Shown here one piece after another: positions 1 to 11,394 of a stretch of DNA of 64,000 nucleotides (the first letter of the stretch is position 1; the number at the start of each line of letters is the position of its first letter). The position numbers and the translations under genes were made by a program. The DNA lies in the NCBI GenBank assembly GCA_973895155.1, contig OZ316891.1, positions 29,804,331 through 29,868,330 on the forward strand, given 5' to 3'. The notes beneath the pieces are model-generated. The model saw nothing but the letters and a program-made list of their open reading frames with translations. It did not search any database and was not told the origin of the DNA. This stretch comes from Marsupella aquatica (Eukaryota > Plantae > Marchantiophyta).

Positions 1-1865
1 ACTTTGGTCCCCAAATTTTGGCCCCCACCTGGCCCCAACTTGCACGCATGGGCACACAACTAACTTTTTATGCCCATAATTTTCTAGCTAGGCGTCCGTA
101 GGTGGAATGCCTTAGCCCATTGTGATCAGGCCGACCAAGTGCTCATGCCTAGGCCCTTAGAACTTGTTGTCACTCGAGCCTTGGGCGGCCGCACTTGGGC
201 CACGCCGTAACTCATGCGCCGAGCGTCTCTTGTGCATGAAGTAAACTATTAGTCTTGGGTCCAAGAGGAGCTCTCACTCAAGCCCTCAGAAATCAAAGTC
301 CGTTTGGGGGTCCGGACGGTCCACCTTGAGCCCGGCCCCTCCCATGACCCGACCAGCCCCCAAGCTAGTTTAAGTCCTTAGTGTGCACCACCAGTTTAGC
401 GTCTTGCCTTCGCTAGTGCAACGCCTCATTGCCCACTAGTCTCCCCGTGCTTAGTCTTCACCAAATGGCCATTCCGGGCTTGGACCATAGAGGAGCTTGG
501 CGTTGGAGTCAACGACGCCGGAGCTAAGTGCTAAGGTAGTCGAGTTCCGCGATTGTAAGTGAGGAAAGGAAACACTACATCCCATAGTCCAAACACAACT
601 GCATGAAAGGATGAAAAAAATTGTTTTAATTTTTTCTCTTTTGTTTCAATTTTTGATTTTTTAATGAAATATATATTTTGAAAATTCTATTTGTACTCAA
701 AGTTTTTTCAAAATTTTCAGAATTAGTATTCATTTTTTGAATTTTAATCAATGTTTTCATCTTAGGCGGGTTTGGCCAGGCTAAGGGCAGCTTGGGTAGA
801 GGCAGTTGAGATTGACTGGGGTATAGATGGATCTGACAATGCCAGGAAAACAGTTTTTTTTATGAAGGGCTAGGATTGGTTTGCATTTTTTCTGATTTTG
901 TAAACAAACGATGGATGGTTTTGGCGGGATACGTTGTTGTGGTAGTAGATTGGCTAAGAGGACTTATGATACTAGTAACTTGTTTGCAGTGCAAGAGAGC
1001 ATCTATTTATTTGAGAATTAGAATCATGCATGCAACAATCCTACTCTACTATCTCTATGATGCCATCTGGGTTGTGTTGGACAACCTGGGATTCTAGGGG
1101 GAATTTAATTGTCGTAGAGTATCTCTCCGGACCTGAAACTTTATGGTATCTGCCCGCAGGGACGATAACTTTCGTCTCACAACCCCATGGCCAGAGCCTA
1201 TAATGATTCTTTTCTTGATGAACCTAGGAACAAAATTTTTGTAGTTGTTTGTGCCTGTGAGAACCATTGTGGCTAATTCTAGGAATTCCCAATATTTTGC
1301 TTCTTGCATAAGATAATGTACTCATGAATTCTATAAGAACAAGAAATACCAAGAGGCATTGCATCAACTACACTACCTAAGCAAGTTTGCGTGAGCTTTG
1401 GGTGTGTTAAAAGTTGTTTGCAACATTCCTCTCTATTCCAAATAGTCACTTTGGAGGTACCTATAGTTCATACCAGGTTGGAAGCCCATGGTCCTTTCAC
1501 TATCTCCTTAGGGCTTGCTTCATTCCATGTACCTGTGAAATGTCTGAACACAAGGCGGATGGTTTGAATACCATGAATTTAGATGGATCTTACTATGTAA
1601 TCGCAAACAGATGCTACTTTTAAGGGCTAGTGTCTAGAGTGAAGCCTCTAGACAATAACTCAAACAAGGACAAAATGTATAATTACTTTGAATAAGATAA
1701 ATCTAAAAGGTGCAAAAAAGTAGGTATGCAAAGATAAAGGAAAAGAGTATAGATTTTATTTTATTTTTTCAATTAGTTTTGTTTTCAATTCTATTTACGT
1801 CAAGGAACAGGTAGTTAGGCTAGTAAGTTATTAAGTTCTATGGTGTATGGTTTCTATAGAGGATA

Positions 1866-2159
1866 CTTGGGGGTCTCATTATATGGATGCCTTCCCATCA
1901 CCTCTGATGTTTTTAGGCCTCGGACCCCCTACAATGTAAGAAACAAATATTTTTTAACCCCTATAAAGTTGGAATATTCCAAAAAGATTCCACAAATTTG
2001 GTTATAAGGACCCTAATGTTCTTATAAGTCTCAAAATTTGATTTAAAAGATCCTATTGTTCTTCTCAGAAAATTCTTAAGTCTTCCTTTTGAACCAATAA
2101 AATGACCCTATACTTCGTCGCACGTGATGTGTCATTTTTGTGGAAATGAAACCCCCGAG
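1866..2159. mobile_element. MITE family A (hAT-like), copy 1
   Basis: TIRs CTTGGGGGTCTCA / TGAAACCCCCGAG; near full-length similarity to 40439-40733; TSD degraded. Confidence 0.75.
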
Positions 2160-2433
2160 AGAGGGAGGTATGAGATGTAATATTCAAGTGGACAGAAGGA
2201 GAAAATTACATGATCATGGAAGTATATGGTGGATGTTGTCTTATGTGGGATCTATCTTTTTTTTTAGGCCTCATTTATTCCTGAATTGTTTTTAATTACT
2301 TCTAAAAATAATTTTTTTTTATCATGAAAATTGAAAATGGTAGGCTAAAAAAGTAAGAATGGGTGAGGCAAATATTTTCCACTTATAAGCTAGGGAGTCC
2401 AAAGTAACTTAAAAACATTGCATACAATGATAT

Positions 2434-2792
2434 TGTTAGGTATTTACTCTTACGTCTTAGGTTACGATATGTAACCATAGTTAGGCTAATCATAGTCGGG
2501 GACATGGTTAGGTTAACTAAGTTTCACACTATATACTAAGTGGTGCTTGCTAGGATAAGTGGAACTAAGGCTCATTGTTACGGAGTCACTTGAGAGATAA
2601 AGAGAGCTTATTGGTATAGCCGATGAGCTTGGAGTTCAGTAAAACTCTCTTGTGTGTTCCCGTGGACGGAGTCTCGAGCAGGTGAACCACATATCAGTCT
2701 CTTGTGTCGATCATTTGTGCCTAACATGTGTCATGTCCTATATCTGTTGAGCATAGACCATAGACTGTTGTGAATGTGGTCTATGCTCAACA
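2434..2792 (+). mobile_element. Solo LTR of a copia family related to the 10715-15447 element
   Basis: TG...CA ends and a 5-bp TSD GATAT on both sides. Shares TGTT(A/G)GGTATTTACTCTTACGTC, AAGGCTCATTGTTA, CTCTCTTGTGTGTTCCCGTGGACG and GTCTATGCTCAACA with the full element's LTRs. Confidence 0.9.
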
Positions 2793-4081
2793 GATATAGG
2801 ACCCTCCATACAATGACCCCCCTTAAGAAAAGCTAGATAACACCCTACAATATAGAGGGTGACTATACTTATTACAAGAAGTGTGACTGTAGCACTTATT
2901 GCAAAATAATCTATTTTTTTGCTCATTTGTTTTTGCCTTCAACTCTATTTACATCGAAAGCATACTTACTTGGGCTAGGGTTTGGTAAATTAAGATTGTC
3001 ATTGGTTTCCAAATCAAATTAAAAAAATGGGACTAGAGATGCTTATACTGTATAGAGAGCTGATCTTGGAATACCGACTCCAGTGGTCAACAATCAGGAG
3101 CAAGCAAGTTTTGAACACCTCTTTGAAAATCTTCATAAACAAATGAAATATTTCAAGCTAAGAGACATCATAGGTATGATTATATGATTGAGTCACTTTG
3201 ATGTAGTCATTGATACTCTACAATAGAACATTTGAGTGCCATGAAGTCTCAAACCCCTGAAATCAAATTTCTTACCCCACAAATAGTCACAGCTCAGTCA
3301 AGGTTGTGGGCCACGAGTCAGCCGGTGTAGTTGGGCCCCCATCTGGTGCAGGCGGGTATATCTTTGTGGAGCTTGGCCGCGATTAGGAATACAGTTAGGG
3401 AGCCTGCACAGTTGGCCTCTAGCTTGAAGCAGTCGCGTCAAGCACTGTAGTTGGGGGTGTGGGTATGAGTAAAAGGGCAGAAGGGATGGAAATCAAAATA
3501 CAAAGAGTGGGGGCAGCCGACCACCCCTGTGTGGAGCGAACTGAGGGTTGAAGGAAGTAACCACGAGGGAAGCGTCCGGATGGGTCGTGAAGGAAATCCG
3601 AGGGGTAGGATTCTCAGGGGTTAACTTGAGTGACTTTTCTTAACCCGTTGACGGAAAAAAGTGGGATTTTGATAAATAGAACAAAATGGGTGGCAAGGTA
3701 GTAATTAGGCCACAAAAGAGTGGCTTTCTAGTAAATCCCGGTATTTACATATAACTATTACTAAATGTACTGAAAGTCAGTACATATATTCCTGATCTCA
3801 AGGATAGCCATAAGATCTTGAAAGGCAAGGCAACTCCAACTGCAGATGAAGGCATTTTTGGCCAATTTGCTTACTTTTCCCCCTGATTTTCTGGTATCAT
3901 CAGCAAGTAGCTTTGCCTTTCCTTTTTTCCCTTGATTGTCTTCTATCATCAGCAAGTAGCTGGAGGAGTTAACCATGGCACAAAATGGCCAACTAAAATC
4001 ACTGATCTGGAGACTCTTGGGCATGAGAGTGTGAAAGCTAAACAATTGCTCCCCAAGGGTTGGAATTTAAAGCGCCACTGG

Positions 4082-4485
4082 CCATGACAAAACCTGGATC
4101 CACCAGTTTTCACCATTTTTAGCACCTTTTTCCTGAAATTATGTAGCAAAGTCTCACCCTAGAGGAGAAAAATGTGAATAAATGAGAAGTTTTGGACACT
4201 TCTCCTTTTATATGGTCCATGACAAAACCCTGGATCCACCAGGTTTCACCATTTTCAGCACCTTGTCTTGAAGTTGTGGAGCAAAGTCTCACCCTAGAGG
4301 AGAAAAATGTGAAAAAATTGAGAAATCTTGGACACTTCTCCTTTTATATGGTCCATGACAAAACCTGGATCCACCAGGTTCCACCATTTTTATCATCTTT
4401 TTCTTGAAGTAGTGGAGCAAGGTCTCATCCTAGAGGAAAGAAATGTCAAAAAGTGAGAAGTGGACACTTCTCACTTTAATATGGA
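4082..4485. repeat. Three tandem ~135-bp repeats
   Basis: Units start CCATGACAAAACC(C)TGGATCCACCAG at 4082, 4217 and 4353; each contains GTCTCA(C/T)CCTAGAGGA and GGACACTTCTC. Confidence 0.9.
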
Positions 4486-4497
4486 CACTGGTGGTTT

Positions 4498-4534
4498 AAA
4501 CCCTAAACCCCTCATTCCCTTCCCTAAGAGCCCA
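4498..4534 (+). promoter_or_regulatory. Telo-box plus site II motif in the prohibitin promoter
   Basis: AAACCCTAAACCC at 4498-4510 and AGCCCA at ~4529, about 250-280 bp upstream of the ATG. This pairing is known from plant translation and mitochondrial gene promoters. Confidence 0.55.
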
Positions 4535-4780
4535 ATTAAGCATTCATGGTTAGTTGGAGGAAAGTAGATTGAGAGAAGGAAAGCCACTTTATTTGAGAAG
4601 GCCATTCTTCACGGTGGCAGGCAGAAGGCATCGAGACATTGCTGTGCATTCATTCCCTTAGTTCAATTCCGTGTTCGTGTTGTTGGGATCCTTGCTATAG
4701 AGTTGGGATCGTCGAGCTTGCTGCCGCAGAATCCGAACGTGCTCAGTGAAATCGACGCAAGTAGCAGCACTGCCGTCAAA

Positions 4781-7700
4781 ATGAGCGCTCCCAAGGTGCT
4801 CAACAACATCGCTCGCCTCGCCGTTGCGGTGGGGCTCGGAGGCAGCATCGCCAGCGCAGCGCTCTACACAGGTCAGTTCGTTTGTCCGTCTGTTTGTTGC
4901 TTGAAATTCTGTGTTCAACAGCTCGTCTGCTCATCTGCTCATCTGCTCATCTGCTCATGTGCAAATCAGACGATCGATGAATCCATCAATAAAACCGATC
5001 TATTAGGTTTTGGTTCGGGCAAGGGAAGGATGCAAAGGGTTTGGGGGAGGCGGATGGAATTCTCGTTCCGCTTTATCCCGTTTGCTGCCTACATACATTC
5101 AAGCGGAATGTGGAGGCCGAGAAGAGCGTTAACTTGCGTGTCACGATATGTCGTGATCCTCGTTTTGGAAGCGGAGGAATGCCGATGGAAGTCATTATTC
5201 CCTAGGGTTTTATAAATGCCAGAGTAGAATTTTGCCCTTCCCTACATCTCGGTTAATTAGTTTGTGTTGTTGTTCTTTGACCCCTTGTTCCCCGCTTTCG
5301 AGTACAAGACGAGTTGTAGCCTTGACATGCTCTCTCGGATGAAGTACGTAGATAAATTATTCGGGTTCTGTGATCCGCTGCATGGAGTGTCCCTTGTTTG
5401 TTTCAGGGAGATGTGTTGGTTCTGAATATTAAGTCCTTGGCTGGATCCTGGCTTTCAGTTGATGGAGGAGAACGAGCTGTTATTTTCGATAGGTTTCGTG
5501 GAGTCTTGGACAATACGGCTGGAGAGGGCACTCATTTTCTGATTCCCGGATTGCAAAGGCCTTACATTTTCGACATTAGAACGCGGCCCCGCGTTATCAC
5601 TTCTGTCACTGGAACCAAAGGTGAGAATCCTGCGACGCCTTTCCTGTATTTTTCGAATGGCTGAAATCTCAATTACGGTTTGGTTACGAGCCAGCACATT
5701 CTAGGGGTGTACACCTAATATGTTTGTGCTTTGTCGTTACAAGCCAGTCGACCAGATAGCCGGTTTAATAGTCTGGTGCTAGTTGTCAAAAGTCTTGCTT
5801 AGACTTGCAAAGTGATAAAAAATAGATCAAATAGAGAAGTTTTCAATGTCTTTTGAATCCCAAAAACTAGGACGGAACAGCTACAAAGATCAGAGGATGC
5901 CCGTGCTGAAGATGAGACGGATTAATTTACAACGAAAGATGACTTACAAGATCCTGTTAATGAGTTCTGGGTTTAGGGTTTAGGGTTCTGGGAGAAAGTT
6001 GGTTGGGACAAATATGTTTCTCGTCCATTATCAGTTTGGATTATGGATGTCACCATTGTGATTTACCATGAACTGGGAATCAAGCAAAGCGACCTCACCT
6101 GGGGATCCTAGACGGTTTTTAGGGAACTATGCATCAATGAATGCCTGTTAGCATGTCACCCGGTGACTATGCCGTCATCTTGAGAATTCCTGTTTAGGAT
6201 TAGTTGGTCATCTGCTCCTTAACCTAAATTCTATGGATGATTTGCTCAGATTTGCAGATGGTCAATCTGAGCCTACGAGTACTGTCCAAACCCGATCCAG
6301 AAAGCTTACCTACAATTTTCAAGACGTTGGGAGTTGATTATGATGAACGAGTGTTGCCCTCTATTGGAAATGAAGTGCTAAAGGCAGTTGTGGTAAGGCG
6401 TGAAATCTAATTAGTATCCTTGATTGGCTGGATACTAATGCTGTTGCATCAATTGTGTATCATCAGCATAAACGCCACTTTTACTGAGGTTTTGTTACTT
6501 GGCTGGTTTGTACGCTTACATGTGGCTGCAACATATGACTTGCTCTTAGCTGACTGAAAGCAATGCATATTGCAAATGCAGGCACAATTCAACGCAGATC
6601 AACTCTTGACTGAGAGACCTCACGTGAGTTTGTCATCTTGACGACCTGTTGGGATTTCAACAGTTTGTGGCTTTTGTGTCCGTGGTCATCTCGGTTTCTT
6701 TGTGGTTTCTTTGTGGTTTCTTTGTGGTCTGTGCGGTTTTGTCCTTGCAGGAGACATGCACTTCGTTTCACTAACAGCGTGCTTCTGTCACAACTAGTAA
6801 AGACCTAGAATGCACTCCATGTGTAAAGTATGAAGGATTCCTGTGTGAATAGACATCAAATGACCAATTTGTGAATCAATTGATGCGATGTGAATTGTGA
6901 TCGTGGGTGGGTCATTGGCAGGTATCCGCGCTTGTTCGAGAAGCCCTTGTGAAGAGAGCAAAAGATTTCAACTTGTTGTTAGATGACGTCGCAATTGTAA
7001 GCATGTTTTATTAATGGTGGCTCTAGGCAAGTTGTGAGTGAGATCAGTGTCAGAAGGCTAATTTTGGTTGACATTTTCTCTTATAACAAATCTAGCAGGG
7101 GTTGCAGCTAATGGTGAGAGTCTTGATTGACTATCATTACCTCTAGTTCTGTTGCTACTGCTGCACTTTGGACTTGGTGAGAAGCATTTCATCTCACTTG
7201 CTGTACTTCGTATCTACAGACACACCTTTCTTACGGAACAGAGTTTTCACGAGCTGTTGAGCAAAAGCAAGTTGGTAAGTCAATGATTTATAAGTCGTTG
7301 CAGTTCTACTTGTGCAGTGTCAAGCACTGTCGTGTGACAAGGTGCTTTCCGTTTGGTACCGGTTGTATGTTTACTTTTTCTTGCAGCATCCTGGGTTGGC
7401 AATTCAAAGCGCTCTTGTGTTAAATCCAAGAAATGAGATGCTGACCATTTGAGATTGAATTTGGTGTTTTGTGGAACCCTTGCAGCCCAACAAGAGGCGG
7501 AGCGCTCAAAGTTTGTCGTTGCCAAAGCAGAACAGGAACGAAGAGCTGCAATTATCAGAGCAGAAGGAGAGAGTGAAGCTGCTAAACTGGTATCTTTCTA
7601 GTCTGTATGAGTTGTTGATGCTTCGTGGGAGTCATTGCAGCAGAAGTTTGGTCAGTCTACTACTCTTGTTATAGGCCCTCTAGCGCAGAGGTTGCGATAA

Positions 7701-7985
7701 TATCTGAGCCGAGTACTAAAGGTTTAAGAGATACCAATCTCAGAACATTTCTCCAATTATAACCCTCCACCTATTTCAGTGTCTTGACTGAGCTTAACGT
7801 CTTTGTCCTTCGAACAGATCTCCGATGCCACTTCAGCTGCTGGCACTGGGCTTATTGAGCTGCGTCGAATTGAAGCATCAAGAGAGATTGCTGCTACCTT
7901 GTCGAAGAGCCGCAATGTTGTCTACCTACCCTCTGGGAACAATATGCTGTTGGGTATCAACCCTTCGTTTGCAAACAATCAATAG
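4781..7985 (+). CDS. PHB3: Prohibitin, type I (PHB1/plant PHB3-4 class), mitochondrial SPFH-domain protein; 8 exons
   Basis: GT-AG exons 4781-4871, 5459-5620, 6250-6392, 6582-6623, 6922-6996, 7220-7274, 7486-7589 and 7818-7985 join in frame. They give [108 protein letters not shown], all prohibitin motifs. Assignment to PHB3 rather than a sister paralogue is approximate. Confidence 0.96.
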
Positions 7986-8944
7986 CTTTGAAAACAGATG
8001 CTATGTATGAGTTCTCATACCACAGCCCAGAGACTCAATTTTGATCCGTACTTAAGGGCATAAGCATTTATCATGCATGCATGGCTACAAGATGTTTTGC
8101 TGGCAGACTCCACGTGCAGCTTGAAAGTCATCTCAGATGCGTGCCTATGAGGGCCGGGGCATGAGTATCTTCTAGGATTCATACTCTGAGTTGCTCTTAA
8201 CGAGAAGTTTTGCAGATGGAGATGTGTAGGTCGACCTTCAAATTGTAAGTAGAAATACAGATAATGGCTTTGCGCTTGGCCATGTGACAATGAAGGGTAT
8301 TTTTCCTAGCACACTGTTGCATGAGTTGCATCCGTGATCAATAACACATGATTTGACTTCGGGGAACCAATTAAAATGACACTGCGACATACACAATTCT
8401 GGTTTACGTAAAATTTTAGATTCGTTAGTAGCTCATATTACACTCTTTTCTTCCGATCATGGTTCTGGTGTAGATATGTGCTGATGGATGCCCTCGGACT
8501 AGAGAAAGCTACAGCGGCTGTTACTCTGAAAGCGATCAAGTCAGTAGTGGAGTAGATCCACCGTTTCCTATCTTCAATTTTGATTCTAATATGACCTTCA
8601 TTTTAGATTCCAATCAGTTCTGTGCCTCGGCTCCTTCTGAAAGGGTAATGCCGATGGAGAAGGGTTTCCATGCACTTGCAGACTTCCCTGCCACGGATGA
8701 ATCTTTATACGCTGAAGGTTTTCTCAACTGTGACTATACACGGGCACACCACACCATGTTAAGAAGTCCGTATGGGCCATCTCGATTTGCTGTTTCTGTC
8801 TATGCTATTGCAACCAAGGACCAACAATGGTAAAAAGGGTACTAACTGATAAAAAGGGTACTAACTGAAATACTAAGGATACCTACTGGTAGTTCTTTCA
8901 AATAATCCAACGCAATAAAGGAATTCCCTTTCTGAATAAGCACG

Positions 8945-9327
8945 AAAGCAGTCTCAAGGCTAATCAAATGTGGATTAGCGTTAATTAGCCCCAACGTACA
9001 GTAGTTACCTGTCTGCCTGATTTTGCTGTTAGGTTACATATCAATGGTGAGTTAGTGCAGGCATCAGTTGGCCCTAGGCTGAGTAGTTGGGGCAGGGCTG
9101 GTTTGAATCCTCTCCGCTACAGTCTCCTTCTACCGTTCATCCCACCCAAAAGTGGGGTTCACTTGCTACCTAGTTGCACTTAGAAAAAATTGGAGATTGG
9201 CCAGCAGATGCTGGCTGAAAGTGGGCGTCATTCACCACCTCGTTACACTCAGAAAAATATGGAGATAGTGGCCAGGGGCACCGGCTGTTATGTACAAGAG
9301 GCTCATAATGAGCCTTGAGATTCTTTT
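8945..9327 (+). mobile_element. MITE family B (Tourist/PIF-like TIR) with an internal tRNA-like B box, copy 1
   Basis: TIRs AAAGCAGTCTCAAGGCT / AGCCTTGAGATTCTTTT; internal GGTTTGAATCC and CACCCAAAAGTGGGGTTCA shared with the inverted copy at 28959-29435. Confidence 0.65.
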
Positions 9328-10714
9328 GTATAGTATCTTCCTCTAAGTAAGATGTATAATGCTGAGAAATGAAAGCTCACATAACTCTTACATTTGACAA
9401 GATGATCAGACTGCTAAGGCATCTTGCATGGGCCTTTGTATGAATGTTTACCTACTCTTACATTTGACAAGATGTTAGATGGACTATCATATCTGCATGG
9501 ACCTCTTTAAGAATGTTTACTTGTTTTGCATACCAAAAAATGTTTAGTCCATCAAACTCCTTAGGTCAATGTTTTGGCCCATCCAAGATCAACTTCAAGA
9601 TATCTTGTCTGGTAAATGGATGGGGAACAAATGGTCTGACAAAGGCCTCAATACTGTAATGAGCCGACAACAGTGCACCAACTACTGCCAGGACTATAGT
9701 AGGGTCAAGAGAAGCACGTCTCAAGCATAGGGGATGTACATGTTCACTCTTGATACATTTATTAAACTATCAAACATATGTCATGTTGAGATAAACTCAA
9801 GAATAGGTGAACTAAAACACAATTGTGTATTTGCATAGGTCCCCAATTAGATGTTAGTTGCTATTCTCTGGTTGGTTTAGCTTTTATTATTTACTAGTCG
9901 AATACTCATGTGTTGGATAGAAAGTGTCGAGGTGAGGCAAAGAAGTGTCAATGAGACAAAGAGTTTTAGGGTATCTTTTGTGTCATCAATGCAAGTGTTT
10001 GTCTTTGAGTCAAGGAAATCATTGAGGTACATAAGTAAACTTTTGAATTCAATGCCCATATGTTGCACAATTAATATTGCAACCGTGTTATCCTTGTGGT
10101 AGGATTGTCAGTGCAACCATGTTATGATTGTGGAAGTCAATTGTCCTTTCAACTATGTTGTCGTTCCAGTCATGTGGGTTACAAGAGTGTTGTGGTTTTG
10201 GTCATGTTGTTTGTGCAGTCATGTTGTGGTTGGGGAAGTGTTGTCATTTCAGGTGGTTTTTGATGTGGACATGTTGTTGTTTTGGTCAATGTTGTTGCAA
10301 TAAATTCTTTTTTTCTTTTTGAGGGAGGCTGTGGACACGAGTTCATGTTGGAGGGCAAGGTGGGCGCACAGGCTGGTAGGGTAAGAGGGGTTTAGGGGCA
10401 TATCTAATGGTAACCAAAATAAACTATTTTCAGCAAAATGCCAGAATTGAGTCCCGCCTTTTTTACCTTTCTGTGAAGAGACTATCGCCAAAATGAGTTG
10501 GATCACATATTATGGTGGTTGATATTGTTGCTTTAATACCAGGCTTTGATGTTGCTCCTTCAGTTTTAGCTGTGTGGCCTTATTGCTTGTATGACTATGT
10601 TGCTTGACTTTCTTTGGCCTACCCTGTGTTCATGTGTTGTTTAAACCACACCTGCCCCTATAAAGGGCTACGGGTAACCCGTAACTCTCATTTTGTAGAG
10701 TACAAGTTCAGAAA

Positions 10715-11177
10715 TGTTGGGTATTTACTCTTATGTCTAGGTTAGGTATGACGTGGTTGGTACAACAACGTGGGTTGGTACAACTACGTGGTTAGGTACA
10801 ACTACGTGATTAGGTACAACTATGTGGTTAGGTACAACTACGTGATTAGGTACAACTATGTGGTTAGGTACAACTACGTGATTAGGTACAACTATGTGGT
10901 TAGGTACAACTACGTGATTAGGTACAACTATATCATAAGAGGCATGTGTGCTTGGAGAGGTAGAACCAAGGCTCATTGTTATGGAGCCACTTGAGAGATA
11001 GGGAGAGCTTACACTGTGGAGACTCGGTATAGCCGACGGGCTTAGAGTTCAGTAAAGCTCTCTTGTGTGTTCCCGTGGACGTAGCCTCAAGGAGGTGAAC
11101 CACGTATCTCTTGTGTCGACTATTGTGCGTTGGATGGTTCATGGGCTTGCCGTTGCGATCGTCGTCTATGCTCAACA
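10715..11177 (+). repeat. 5' LTR containing an 18-bp tandem array (10759-10930)
   Basis: Nine full units and one partial unit of GGTACAACTA(C/T)GTG(A/G)TTA. Confidence 0.97.
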
Positions 11178-11394
11178 ATTGGTATCAGAGCATGCTTGGG
11201 AGGTGACGTGTGTTCGTGATGGGATTTCATGACGGTTTTTCCAGCGTTGAGTGTTGGTGGATTTTCCAGAGTTCCATCGCATGGAACTTGGAGTTTATGG
11301 GCTCAACGGATAGATCAGGGCAAGAGCTTTCTAACGGTGTGAAGAAATCGTTGAACGGAGCTCGTGGTGCAGAGAGATCTAAGTTTTTATTGTT

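Noticed and set aside
1-595. Possible minus-strand LTR starting TGTTTGGACTATGGG at ~595
   Set aside because: The other end, PBS/PPT and TSD are not visible in the window, so it cannot be supported.
6216-7600. U12-like signals in prohibitin introns (TCCTTAAC at 6216, GTATCCTT at 6414, GTATCTTT donor at 7590)
   Set aside because: A strong U12 donor and branch site never occur in the same intron, and use of 6414 would bring in a stop. An intronIC-type score of the 7590-7817 intron would settle it.
10759-10930. CRISPR-like appearance of the short repeat arrays here and at 63168-63940
   Set aside because: No unique spacers of constant length, no cas genes, and the context is eukaryotic.
10737-10994. 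Repetitive ORFs (YNYVIR)n and (VVVPNH)n, also at 15007-15264
   Set aside because: They are translation artefacts of the 18-bp LTR array.
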